IMG/VR virus record: IMGVR_UViG_2518645621_000001
From: a virus
Length of the DNA: 45,334 nucleotides
Direction: 5' to 3' (one strand)
Positions 6,745-16,183 of the stretch are shown here, one piece after another (positions within the stretch are counted from its first letter, which is position 1; every line of letters starts with the position of its first letter). A program made the position numbers and the translations under genes. The notes under the pieces were generated by a model. The model was given only the letters and a program-made list of their open reading frames with translations. It ran no database searches and was not told the DNA's origin.

Positions 6745-7108
6745 TGCTTACCGCCTCCAATTTACCCTGATATTCTTTCATTAAATCGGCATACTCTGCT
6801 TTAAGTTCTGCAATTGTATCTGTATCATCCGCAAGGGATGCCGTTGCTAATGAATCTTTTAGTGCATCAAGTTTTACTTTGTATTCAGACTCTAATGCAG
6901 CGAGTTTAGCAGATTTTATTTCTGTTGGAGTTTGAACAATCTCACGAATTTGAATTTTACCATCAACGACGCTTAAATCAGACGGATTAATCCATTGCTC
7001 ATATTCCATTATTGTTGATTCGGTATCATCTTTATCAATAAGACCTTCTAATCTGCCTTTGTCTTCGCATAGGCAACTTACCTTTTCATTTTTAATTAAG
7101 TAAAACAT
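6737..7108 (-). CDS. Hypothetical protein after the tail fibre (XkdW-position, possible fibre chaperone)
   Basis: Called from position and a coiled-coil C-terminus only. Confidence 0.5.
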   Translation of the reverse strand: MFYLIKNEKVSCLCEDKGRLEGLIDKDDTESTIMEYEQWINPSDLSVVDGKIQIREIVQTPTEIKSAKLAALESEYKVKLDALKDSLATASLADDTDTIAELKAEYADLMKEYQGKLEAVSNG

Positions 7109-7119
7109 ACATTTTCCCC

Positions 7120-8643
7120 TTAATAATTAATACCATATATTTGTATAATACGTGAATTTTGAGTGGCTAATTTCCATACAGTTTCACTAGATAATGGATG
7201 ATCAGCCGTACCACGTTTAGTATTTCCGTAAACATACCATTGTGTATCATCTAATGCTTTGTGTAGGCTAAAAAAATATGCTGTAGAAAAAGCAACGCTT
7301 AGTTCCCATTGTTCCCATAAGGATTGTCCATACGCCTCTGTATTATCATTAGTATATTCTATTAATATCTTATCAAAATTTTTGTATGACTGAGTTAAAT
7401 AAATATCTCCATTCCCCTGCGCGGTTATACCTGTACCGGCATAATTACTAACTTCTAACCCTTTGCTGGTATTAAGTAATGGTGTAAATACGGGAGTGCC
7501 TCTCCCTGTTACTCTGTTTTTTAATGCATCAGCAGTATAACCATTTACGTTTCCTGCACCATTAGCATAATTAACGTTGAAATTAGATGGATTATATACA
7601 TACATATTGGTTCCATCACTACCACCCCATAACCATGTTGGCTGTCCTGATTGACCAGACCAATTCCACGTCTTTCCGATTAGTTTGTTTGAATTATCTG
7701 CTGTACCATGTAAGGCTCCATTAAATCCGCCGTCAGCTTGAAAAACACCTTTAGTATATACATTTTTATCATTATAAGCACGAATCCAAGTAGCGTCAGA
7801 CATATGCCAGCCGCCACCCCATTTTTGATTATACCAGCCTGTATCCCCAGTCGTTTTAAACCAATCGGGTGTATAAATTGTTGGAACAGTTAGTTGTCCG
7901 GTAAGTGTTCCACCCGTGAGAGGCAGCACCTTATCGGTTGTAGCAACTTGTTTCCATGCTGACCATACATTATTATTTTTGATTCTAGAATAAACAGTAT
8001 TATCGTAGTTTGGTCCAAATTCAAAAGCCATTTGATGTGCGTATGCATCAGAATGTGCATGATGATATACATTTGCATCAGAAACACCGCTTGGCAAACC
8101 AGTAGTACAGTAATAGAACCCTGTGTTGAGAATCAAATTAGCATTTTCAAGCAGGTTCTTTTGAATACCAAGTCCAAATCCACTGGGTGCAAAAGCACTT
8201 GCATGTTTACCATCTACCGTATCCGCATTCGCTATCGTCCCATCCGTTGTGGCAACCTGCTTCCAGGCTGACCACACACCTTTTGTTTTCGTTCTTACAA
8301 ATATAATACTGGGCGAATTATCCGAACCATATGAAGCGGCTTGTTGATAGTACCAGGCCGTGTCACTATGGCTCATATTAATAACATACCACCAGCCCCC
8401 CTGACTAGGAGTATTCGCAAGATTAGTGCCTCTATAAAATCCTGTTGCTCTATCAGCATTTAAATCTTGACCTGATATATCCGTTGCAGCAGTTCCTAGT
8501 CCAAAACCGGATGGTGCTTTTTTAATAACCAATTCCGTAAGTGCATCATCTATAAGATCTGCATTTTTATTAAAATCATCAACATTATAAAATTCTTCTT
8601 GCAAGGGTTTTATAAGTTTAAAATTTTGCGTAGAGTTAGCCAT
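7120..8643 (-). CDS. Tail fibre / receptor-binding protein with duplicated knob-like domain
   Basis: Follows the baseplate genes. Internal repeat APSGFGLG...VWSAWKQVATTD occurs twice (aa 43-134 and 152-237). Confidence 0.8.
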   Translation of the reverse strand: MANSTQNFKLIKPLQEEFYNVDDFNKNADLIDDALTELVIKKAPSGFGLGTAATDISGQDLNADRATGFYRGTNLANTPSQGGWWYVINMSHSDTAWYYQQAASYGSDNSPSIIFVRTKTKGVWSAWKQVATTDGTIANADTVDGKHASAFAPSGFGLGIQKNLLENANLILNTGFYYCTTGLPSGVSDANVYHHAHSDAYAHQMAFEFGPNYDNTVYSRIKNNNVWSAWKQVATTDKVLPLTGGTLTGQLTVPTIYTPDWFKTTGDTGWYNQKWGGGWHMSDATWIRAYNDKNVYTKGVFQADGGFNGALHGTADNSNKLIGKTWNWSGQSGQPTWLWGGSDGTNMYVYNPSNFNVNYANGAGNVNGYTADALKNRVTGRGTPVFTPLLNTSKGLEVSNYAGTGITAQGNGDIYLTQSYKNFDKILIEYTNDNTEAYGQSLWEQWELSVAFSTAYFFSLHKALDDTQWYVYGNTKRGTADHPLSSETVWKLATQNSRIIQIYGINY

Positions 8644-9187
8644 TTGGTATCACCTCGTTTCGTAATGTATTATGCGTATATTTTCTTAATTGTTCATGCG
8701 TCAATTTGCCAAGTGTAAAGTGCTGATTATACAGTAAATCAACAAATAACGTCATATTCATTGGTACAATTCTTTCTAACATTTCTTGCACTGATTCAAG
8801 ATTTTTCTTGGCGATCAGCTCAACTCGAACCTCAAGGCTAAACAGATTATTCACCAAATTTATGCGATATCCATTCGCACCACATAAATTTGCTAATTTT
8901 TGTTTTAGATCGGGTACTGTGTAAGGTAACATTTCGTTATATCGCATCAATAATCTAAATTTGCGCTCATCTAACGTATCTGACGCTTTGGGTGTAATTT
9001 TAAGCATTATCTCACGTCTGGAAACACCGTTTTTTGTTGAATCTAAAATAAACTGATCGTTCAAGCAATCATCTAAAGCAAGCCAAATAATTTTAAACAT
9101 TTCATTTTCTCTGGCAGCAATTTCATGAAATTCTTTTGCTTCTTTTACTACAGACGGATAGTATCTTGAAACATCTACATCACGCAT
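8636..9187 (-). CDS. XkdU/YmfQ-like (DUF2313-type) baseplate-associated tail protein
   Basis: Follows the Baseplate-J gene. Likely start is ATG 9187 (MRDVDVSRYYP), overlapping the upstream stop. Confidence 0.65.
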   Translation of the reverse strand: MRDVDVSRYYPSVVKEAKEFHEIAARENEMFKIIWLALDDCLNDQFILDSTKNGVSRREIMLKITPKASDTLDERKFRLLMRYNEMLPYTVPDLKQKLANLCGANGYRINLVNNLFSLEVRVELIAKKNLESVQEMLERIVPMNMTLFVDLLYNQHFTLGKLTHEQLRKYTHNTLRNEVIPNG

Positions 9188-10244
9188 GTATACTCCCCCT
9201 AACTGGAATTGAATCAGCGGGAATCGTAAAATTAGCGGCTGTGTCATTTATAGTTGTTCCCTCTACATCGAGAATTCCGGTAACATCTAGTATTCTTGTT
9301 TCAAGTTGACTGATTCTGACAATCAAGTTTTCATTATCTGCCCAATTTTTAGCTAATTCTTTGAAATAATCATCAATTACAACTTCAATATTTGTTTTGC
9401 ACTCTTCGAATGACCACCCATTTTGGTATGTTAATTTAGCTGAAATATTTATTGTTTCTGCGCCAACGCCAAAAACAGTCACAACATGATCGATCGGTGC
9501 AATTCCAAGCCCATCACCGGCGTTTACGGTTGGATCAATTAAGGTCTGAACCTTATTAACCATTTCTGTAGATGGTGCTTTATATTCTGAATTAATAATC
9601 ACCAGCTTTACCGTTCCGCCACCTTTCCATGCACGATACGGCTTCACGCCACCGACTCCATTAATTTTATTTACTTTTTCAATGTAATCAGCTCGATTGC
9701 CACCAAACGCAATATTTTCAAAACTTGCCAGATATCTTTTTCGAAAAGCCTCTGTCGTTTCTTCATCTTCGCCCGGGATTGTCACATCGCTGAGTCCAGC
9801 TGTTTGCAGTCCTGCAATATAATCAATCGATATCATGTTTCCGGTGGGTTTATTTCCAATCGTACCAGCCGTTTCACACTGCAATAAAAAAACGCCGCTA
9901 CTGATTTTTTCAGTAACCGCGTAATTTACATCGTCATAGGAAAAGCGAGATCCAATCGGTATTTCGAGTGCTGCAGGTGTAAAAATCCCCTTCACCTGCG
10001 CATACGTGGCAGGCTCCGGACTAAGGCCTCTTTCTTTTGCACGTTTTATTAAATATGGCCGTTCCGCTGTATCACCATAGCTATTTTTCATGTAATAATC
10101 GCACATTGCATAAAGAAGCATAAATTCAATCGCCGCTGGCATAGCGCTGTCATAAACAACGCTGCCTTCACGCTTATCAATATCATTTGCTACATTTGAC
10201 ATCATTCGTTTAAAAATAACATCCTCTGTTTGATTTTCATACAT
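9180..10244 (-). CDS. Baseplate J-like protein (XkdT-like)
   Basis: Size, position and the N-terminal pattern FKRM...REGSVVYD...A.E are typical of the Baseplate_J family. Confidence 0.8.
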   Translation of the reverse strand: MYENQTEDVIFKRMMSNVANDIDKREGSVVYDSAMPAAIEFMLLYAMCDYYMKNSYGDTAERPYLIKRAKERGLSPEPATYAQVKGIFTPAALEIPIGSRFSYDDVNYAVTEKISSGVFLLQCETAGTIGNKPTGNMISIDYIAGLQTAGLSDVTIPGEDEETTEAFRKRYLASFENIAFGGNRADYIEKVNKINGVGGVKPYRAWKGGGTVKLVIINSEYKAPSTEMVNKVQTLIDPTVNAGDGLGIAPIDHVVTVFGVGAETINISAKLTYQNGWSFEECKTNIEVVIDDYFKELAKNWADNENLIVRISQLETRILDVTGILDVEGTTINDTAANFTIPADSIPVRGSIHA

Positions 10245-10657
10245 TATCCAATCTTCACCACCTTGTCTACCTCAATCACTCCAGCAACAGTCACAGCCTT
10301 AAACTTTGCCAAAACATTCCCTTTATTATCATGTGATAAATCAAACTCCGTTACATCATTGATACGATCATCCTGCACCAGAGCTTCACGGATCCGACGC
10401 GGCAATTCCGAAAACACCCAGGGAATTGGTTTGCCGAAGAGTTCTTCTAATTCAACCCCATAATTCCAACTATAAATAACATATTTATAGCGTTCGGTGT
10501 TGAGGATTTTATAGATGGCCTGCTCAATCGCTGCGAGATCATCCGTCATCCCGACTATTTTTTCATCTTCGATTAGCATTTTATACGTTTTATTTGGCTG
10601 ACTAACAATTGTCGCCGTTGTTGTTATCTCTATACCAGTATCCGGCAATAATCCCAT
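10244..10657 (-). CDS. XkdS-like (DUF2634-type) baseplate protein
   Basis: Position plus the motif IYSWNYG..L..L.G. Confidence 0.7.
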   Translation of the reverse strand: MGLLPDTGIEITTTATIVSQPNKTYKMLIEDEKIVGMTDDLAAIEQAIYKILNTERYKYVIYSWNYGVELEELFGKPIPWVFSELPRRIREALVQDDRINDVTEFDLSHDNKGNVLAKFKAVTVAGVIEVDKVVKIG

Positions 10658-10661
10658 GTAA

Positions 10662-11069
10662 TCACCCCCACTGTCCGGACAAATTCGAATGGTTAAATGT
10701 ACGGCTTAAAATACAATATTCCTGCCCTCCGGCCTGCCTCACCAAAATAACCGATTCCCCAACATGCAGACTATTAAAAACTCGAATCCGTTTACGACCA
10801 GTGTAATCATGATTATGTGATTCGTATGCTGGATAACCAGATCCGCCACCGCGATTTTCAGTAACATGATTTACTTCGATATCCACGTCATAGTCTCGAA
10901 CGGCATCGGTCAATATAAGAAATTCTTCTGTAATGATGTCCCGCTGTTCAATACGTACAGACAAAGGATTTTCAGATTCAACCACACCGACAATATAATC
11001 TGTGAGTTTCCCGGCATCCATGGTCTGCTTCATTAAAGCTTGCATCGTTTGCATCAATTGAGCACTCAT
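10662..11069 (-). CDS. XkdR-like (DUF2577-type) baseplate spike/plug protein
   Basis: Called from position and size within the Xkd-like gene order. Confidence 0.6.
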   Translation of the reverse strand: MSAQLMQTMQALMKQTMDAGKLTDYIVGVVESENPLSVRIEQRDIITEEFLILTDAVRDYDVDIEVNHVTENRGGGSGYPAYESHNHDYTGRKRIRVFNSLHVGESVILVRQAGGQEYCILSRTFNHSNLSGQWG

Positions 11070-12031
11070 CCTGTAATCACATCCCCTCGCAATGTTAAAT
11101 CCATTACATGCTGATTATTACTGAATTTATGTTTAACGGATTCCACGATAACCTGTTTTGTTAGCTGCATATCACCTAAATTCAAATTCACATAAAGCAT
11201 GGTACCAGCCCGAGCCCGAACATCACCTGCAGCATTTTGAATGGACAACGTTCTTCTAACGCGATCGTGCATTTTTAACTTTGCATCTGCCATTTCTTTA
11301 AAGTTCAACGCTTTCTTTACATTTACAGATTCCGTAAGCTGCAGCACACCCCATTTTTTAATGGCTTCACTGTCATAAGGCTTCCATACATCGCGCTTTC
11401 CTGTTTCCTTATTATCATAATAAAGCTTGACGCGACTATACGTATCTTTATCGATCGAAGACTCATAAGAAAAGTTCTCGGCGGTTTCAGCATCAATCAG
11501 AATATCCAATTTTAGTTTTTCAATATCTACAAGTGTAAGCTTGCCAAAGTCATCGTATAAAACGTATATTTTTTTTGTATTTTCCATCGTCATATCAAGC
11601 ATTGTCTGCATAATATCAAACAGTGCTTCATTACTGCCGCGATATTTGGGAATGAAATACTCGGTATCGGCGATATTACCAATCTTCAGCTGAAAATCTT
11701 CGGAAATCTGACGAATTGCATCACTGGCTTTCGTTTCGACAAAAGAATAAATATCCTTATTTTTCAGGTACCGCAATTGATCATAGGCTGTAACTGAAAT
11801 GGAATTATCTTTATTTCGCTTTTTAATAAACACATACCCGTAAAATAAATTTGTGCCGCCGTAATTCATCTGTACCGTGTTGCCCTCATTAAAAATAAGA
11901 ATACTATCTTTTAGCACCTTAAAGGTAAGCTTTCCCGGTGTTCCTTTACGATTTAATTCCCATATAACATCATCTTGAACGGCTGGCCAATAGTATTTAT
12001 CCGTCTCACGATTATGAATAATAATTTGCAT
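11066..12031 (-). CDS. XkdQ-like baseplate hub / late control D-like protein
   Basis: Called from position and size. Likely start is ATG 12031 (MQIIIHNRETDKY), 1 nt after the upstream stop. Confidence 0.65.
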   Translation of the reverse strand: MQIIIHNRETDKYYWPAVQDDVIWELNRKGTPGKLTFKVLKDSILIFNEGNTVQMNYGGTNLFYGYVFIKKRNKDNSISVTAYDQLRYLKNKDIYSFVETKASDAIRQISEDFQLKIGNIADTEYFIPKYRGSNEALFDIMQTMLDMTMENTKKIYVLYDDFGKLTLVDIEKLKLDILIDAETAENFSYESSIDKDTYSRVKLYYDNKETGKRDVWKPYDSEAIKKWGVLQLTESVNVKKALNFKEMADAKLKMHDRVRRTLSIQNAAGDVRARAGTMLYVNLNLGDMQLTKQVIVESVKHKFSNNQHVMDLTLRGDVITG

Positions 12032-12032
12032 A

Positions 12033-12737
12033 TCAGCCAAGGTGCAACACCGTACCTTCCATACTGCCAATTGGATTACTCATTCCATTGCTGGACAATA
12101 CCGTTCTCCAGTCTAAAGATCCACCAGAAACACCTTTGCACACTTCCCACATCGACTGCTCATTGCGAATTTTATAGATGGCTGGTGTTTCTCGATCGGT
12201 TGCTGGTCTTGTCTCTTTGACTTTAAAATGCTGCTTACCATCGGCATCGGTCGTAACTTCACACTCCTTGGTCGCGTATGGCTTATATTGTTTAAGCTTC
12301 AACGGTACCACAAGATCAAAGCCATCGGCAAAATCTTCATTGACTGCATAATCTTCGATTGTCACAAGCATATTGGTGTCCCATAACATGCGGTATTGAG
12401 AATTCATTCTTGAAATAACAAGCCGCATTGGGGTTTGTGTTGTTTTTGCAGATTTAAAAGTATCGAGAAAATAGTCTGCTTTTTTAAATGAAAAACTACT
12501 GCCCATCAGTTTATTACTCAACGAATCCGCAAAGGATGTATCATAATTGGCAAACGGATACTTTGCATTTGGCAGCCGTGCGTCAAAAGATATTTCCGTA
12601 AGCCCTGCCGATTTAATGATGTTCACTTCACCTTCATTAATAAGATCGATGGTCTTATTCTTGTTTTTAATTTTTATAGACATCTTCGCCGGTGGTACCG
12701 GCAGCATCGTCATACCCAGAAAAAAATAATAAGCCAT
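12033..12737 (-). CDS. XkdP-like tail protein with C-terminal LysM-like segment
   Basis: Follows the tape measure gene. The C-terminus YKIRNEQSMWEVCKGV..WRTVLSSNGMSNP...GTVLHL follows the LysM pattern. Confidence 0.7.
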   Translation of the reverse strand: MAYYFFLGMTMLPVPPAKMSIKIKNKNKTIDLINEGEVNIIKSAGLTEISFDARLPNAKYPFANYDTSFADSLSNKLMGSSFSFKKADYFLDTFKSAKTTQTPMRLVISRMNSQYRMLWDTNMLVTIEDYAVNEDFADGFDLVVPLKLKQYKPYATKECEVTTDADGKQHFKVKETRPATDRETPAIYKIRNEQSMWEVCKGVSGGSLDWRTVLSSNGMSNPIGSMEGTVLHLG

Positions 12738-14833
12738 TATGGATGCACCTTCTCTGCACCAGCATTCATCGCATCAAACAGGCTGTCATTCATATATCGC
12801 ACCATACCATCGATATCAGTATCACTGCTTACATTATTGTGAATTCCACCCATTTCAATTTTGACTTCCGCTGTTGTATATTTATTAATAACTTCCTGCT
12901 CTGCAATATCTCGTAAATATTTAATATCCTCATCGGTAATTTCCATGGCTTCTTTTACTTTTCCGGTATTGTCAGCAGTATCTTTGGTGTTTTTACCAAT
13001 ATCCCCAGCACTTTCACCACTAGAAACACTTGGAGCTTGCGGAATGCTTGGAGCACTCGGTAATAATCCACCAAGCCCTCTCGCGCCAATATCATGCCCT
13101 TTCATGAAATTTCCGCTTGAATAGTCCATACTATAGGCCGAAAAATCAACGCCACCGCTTATTGGTATTTTTGATGCTAACCCTTTGCCCCAATTTACAA
13201 AACCAACTTCCATGCCTGGTATCTTATTGATTAGACCTATAATTTCATTTACAGATCGACCCACTAACTCTACAATACCATTCCAAATCACTGCAAACAG
13301 ATTATAAATAGCAGCAGTCGGATTTTTAAAGGCATTTCCCAGAAACTCCACAAAGGCTAAAAATATATTCCAAACAATTGCAACTGTATTGTAGATCTGT
13401 CCTCCCATCCAAAAGAATAGCCCCACTATAATTCCAGTTGCTGAAATACTAGTGCCCGCAAAATGATTAACGGCATAAACCGCCAAATAAAATATACCAA
13501 TGACTGCTATCACACCAAAAATAATCCATGTAAGTGGACAAGCATATAATGCAGCATTTAATCCATCTTGTGCAATTGTCAAACCAATTATAGCTGCCGT
13601 TTCTGCGGCAGATGCAGCGGCATGAGCAGCAGCCATCGTTGCTGCAAATCCAGCATTTCCAGCTATTGCAAGCAGCACGAATGCTAAACCAACAAAAACA
13701 GGCTCCATAATTGCTCCATTGGCTATAACAATGCCAGATAACCAACGAACATTATTAATCAAGCCCGCAACTGCCTGCCCAACAACTATAAATGTTTGTC
13801 CTGCCATTTCCCCAAACGATCTCATACTTTCACTATTCGCAATTGCAGAAAGTTGATTGAAAACTGGTACAAAGGCTCGAAAAGCAGTCGTCTGCATGTT
13901 TTGCCATACTTGCCCCCAAGTCATTGGCATAGCCGCAAATTTAGTATTGATTTCATCCGTTGCTCCTAAAATAGCATTTTTCATAATATCCGCTGTAATT
14001 TTTCCTTCACTAGATAATTGTTTCAATTGCCCTTGTGTTACGCCCATAAAATGTGCCACAATTTGTTCGATCATTGGTGCAGCTTCTGCAATGGACCTAA
14101 ATTCATCTCCTTGCAGTTTCCCACTGCCAAGTGCCTGCGTAAGCTGCAGCATGGCATCTTTTTGCTGCTCTAGTCCGGTCCCGCCAACAGTAAAGAGTTT
14201 TTGAATATTTTCAACAAACGGGACAATTACTTGTGGATCAGGAAAGGCCTCTTTTGCAGTCAATCCAATTTTTGCCACAGCATCGGCCATACCCGAATAA
14301 CTACCTCGCGCTCTTAAAGCAGAATAATAGATCTGATCATTGAGAGCTACAGCTTGTTCTTGGCTGCTTGTTATTAGCTTAATTCTGGCTACAATTCCAC
14401 TATATTCATCACTCAATGCAGTAAGCTTATTTGCAGCTTGTGTTAACAATTCGACAATTTTCGTGATAGCCATAACTACCATACTTGCCAGCGTGAATTT
14501 CGCAAATGCATTCCCCATAGAATCTCCTATTCTGTTGACTGCACCAGATATTCCATTTACATTATTTTTTAAATTATTTGCCGACGTAGAAGCAGCATTA
14601 AATCCACCTGCACTTGCATAAGCTGCCGCTCCAATATTTTCAATTTGAATGGCGGCTGCATGCGGCACAGCATTTTCTATTTTATTTGCCGCCACAGCTG
14701 CTTTTTCAAATTTCCCAGTTGTAGCCTCAGCAGCCTTGGCCATCTTTTGAAACTGTGGCGTAACACCATCCGACAAAGCAATTGACTGCTCAATTGTTGC
14801 CAAAATATCACCATCCTTTCTATAAGCAGGCAT
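12737..14833 (-). CDS. Tail tape measure protein (TP901-type core)
   Basis: LQLTQALGSGKLQGDEFRSIAEAAP is the TMP core motif. There is a long hydrophobic multi-TM central region. Lies between the chaperone and baseplate genes. Confidence 0.9.
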   Translation of the reverse strand: MPAYRKDGDILATIEQSIALSDGVTPQFQKMAKAAEATTGKFEKAAVAANKIENAVPHAAAIQIENIGAAAYASAGGFNAASTSANNLKNNVNGISGAVNRIGDSMGNAFAKFTLASMVVMAITKIVELLTQAANKLTALSDEYSGIVARIKLITSSQEQAVALNDQIYYSALRARGSYSGMADAVAKIGLTAKEAFPDPQVIVPFVENIQKLFTVGGTGLEQQKDAMLQLTQALGSGKLQGDEFRSIAEAAPMIEQIVAHFMGVTQGQLKQLSSEGKITADIMKNAILGATDEINTKFAAMPMTWGQVWQNMQTTAFRAFVPVFNQLSAIANSESMRSFGEMAGQTFIVVGQAVAGLINNVRWLSGIVIANGAIMEPVFVGLAFVLLAIAGNAGFAATMAAAHAAASAAETAAIIGLTIAQDGLNAALYACPLTWIIFGVIAVIGIFYLAVYAVNHFAGTSISATGIIVGLFFWMGGQIYNTVAIVWNIFLAFVEFLGNAFKNPTAAIYNLFAVIWNGIVELVGRSVNEIIGLINKIPGMEVGFVNWGKGLASKIPISGGVDFSAYSMDYSSGNFMKGHDIGARGLGGLLPSAPSIPQAPSVSSGESAGDIGKNTKDTADNTGKVKEAMEITDEDIKYLRDIAEQEVINKYTTAEVKIEMGGIHNNVSSDTDIDGMVRYMNDSLFDAMNAGAEKVHP

Positions 14834-14945
14834 AAAAAATCCGCCCTATATAAACGGGCCTCTTCCTACTAACAGTTTTATGCTTTCAACTGTCTACTGT
14901 AAAAAAGAGAACCTGTCCATATTGGGCGGTTTTATCTGAATAAGC

Positions 14946-15515
14946 TTACTTTAGCACGCCTCCTGAATCTAATTTAACTGTATCATTTCCACGTTTCCCC
15001 ACATTTGCCTTATGCTTATAATCAATATAACACTGAACAATTCGTTCAGCATCTGTTGAAAACGCCTGCGTCTCAAACCAATCATTATATGCTCCCGGAA
15101 AATTTTTTCTAAGAAAAAGTTCAAATGCTGTTCCTGGATATGACAAAAATACATTATTAGTTTTTGCCCGAGTTATCTTATATTCAGTATCATTATAAGT
15201 AAAATAAAAATACTCATTCAAATCAATTCCCCTAAGATCCTGATAGGTAACATGCATAGAAGTAAAATTGTCATCAGACGTATCCTGAAAATATATTTGA
15301 AATTTATCGTCTCTTGGGTATCCACTCATTTTCAAATATCCATCATAAGCACCTTCTCCATCCGTGACAACTAAATTTTTTGCATAAATTTTTGTTTGAT
15401 TAACGATTACAAAGTATTGGTCATCTGTTTTTTCTTTGGACGTCTCTGCAAAACATGTCGATATCAAAAAAAAGCAGAAGACCATTAATAAAATAATTTT
15501 TCGTGTCATCTTCAT
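14946..15515 (-). CDS. Secreted protein of unknown function, AT-rich insertion (moron) inside the tail operon
   Basis: Signal peptide MKMTRKIILLMVFCFFLISTCFA-ETS and a GAGGATG RBS. Composition is visibly AT-richer than the flanking tail genes. Confidence 0.7.
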   Translation of the reverse strand: MKMTRKIILLMVFCFFLISTCFAETSKEKTDDQYFVIVNQTKIYAKNLVVTDGEGAYDGYLKMSGYPRDDKFQIYFQDTSDDNFTSMHVTYQDLRGIDLNEYFYFTYNDTEYKITRAKTNNVFLSYPGTAFELFLRKNFPGAYNDWFETQAFSTDAERIVQCYIDYKHKANVGKRGNDTVKLDSGGVLK

Positions 15516-15556
15516 ACATCCTCATCCATGATATTTTCCCACTATTATATCATAAA

Positions 15557-15745
15557 TTAATGATGTTTTCTTTTTGCATCTTCTGCCTCTTTTTTATCCC
15601 GTTTCATTTTTATTGCAATCGCTGCAAAAACAAAGGCTCTTTCATTCTCTGGAAGACTAAATAACTCATGCGGAAATTTATGAAATTTAAGGAGGGCGTA
15701 ATATGCTATATTCGCATATGGATCGCCCTCCTCAATTAGTTTTTT
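15557..15745 (-). CDS. -1 frameshift extension of the tail assembly chaperone (G/GT-type fusion product)
   Basis: The -1 frame is open from the slippery site to the TAA at 15557-15559. It encodes KKLIEEGDPYANIAYYALLKFHKFPHELFSLPENERAFVFAAIAIKMKRDKKEAEDAKRKHH and has no start codon of its own. Confidence 0.65.
   Translation of the reverse strand, partial: KKLIEEGDPYANIAYYALLKFHKFPHELFSLPENERAFVFAAIAIKMKRDKKEAEDAKRKHH
15691..15745 (-). promoter_or_regulatory. Programmed -1 ribosomal frameshift signal: slippery A_AAA_AAC plus downstream stem-loop
   Basis: The heptamer (plus 15739-15745) is in the zero frame GCA AAA AAC TAA. After a 7-nt spacer comes the hairpin GGAGGGCG...CGCCCTCC (15691-15731) with inner ATATGC/GCATAT pairing. 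Confidence 0.7.
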
Positions 15746-16167
15746 GCCTGTTTAATCTTTTCATCCATCCCAACTTGAAAACCGTTGGCTTGCGTTACAG
15801 CCATATAAAGGTCCGTATATTCGCCAGGTGTCAGCATCTTTTTGACGAGTTCTTCAGCTCCGACAACACCATAAGATTCTTGCAGCTGTGCACTGTTTAA
15901 ATTTGGATACACGACACATTCACAAATTAATGCCGTTGCGTATTTATCTTGATCAAGCGACGTTGCAGTCTGCCGTGATCCTGGAATAAACTCTTTTTTC
16001 TTACATGAATTTTGAAGTGACTCATTTTCATCACTTGTAAGAACACGAATCTCCCAATCCATCGGGCTTTTATCAGCCCCTAAAAATCTTTTTGATGCCA
16101 CATATTTTACATTTTCTGCTTTAATTGCATTTTCGGCCAAAAAAGCCTGTAAATTATCTTCTGCCAT
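15736..16167 (-). CDS. Tail assembly chaperone (XkdN-like)
   Basis: Lies between the tube and tape measure genes and ends in the frameshift signal. Confidence 0.75.
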   Translation of the reverse strand: MAEDNLQAFLAENAIKAENVKYVASKRFLGADKSPMDWEIRVLTSDENESLQNSCKKKEFIPGSRQTATSLDQDKYATALICECVVYPNLNSAQLQESYGVVGAEELVKKMLTPGEYTDLYMAVTQANGFQVGMDEKIKQAKN

Positions 16168-16183
16168 TTATATCAATCCTCTC

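Noticed and set aside
7933-8280. Tail-fibre internal repeats as a diversity-generating retroelement TR/VR pair (many differences are A in one copy)
   Set aside because: No reverse transcriptase is present in the window. Both copies are coding and lie N-terminal to the receptor-binding tip. The differences are mostly synonymous third-position changes, consistent with ordinary divergence.
13857-14204. Many plus-strand ORFs antisense to minus-strand structural and replication genes (for example 13857-14204, 14340-14621, 17378-17782, 18184-18648, 20412-20837, 33946-34356, 34954-35310, 36090-36855)
   Set aside because: These are shadow ORFs inside long, well-supported genes on the opposite strand. 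They lack RBSs and have Cys/Ser/Phe-rich, non-protein-like translations.
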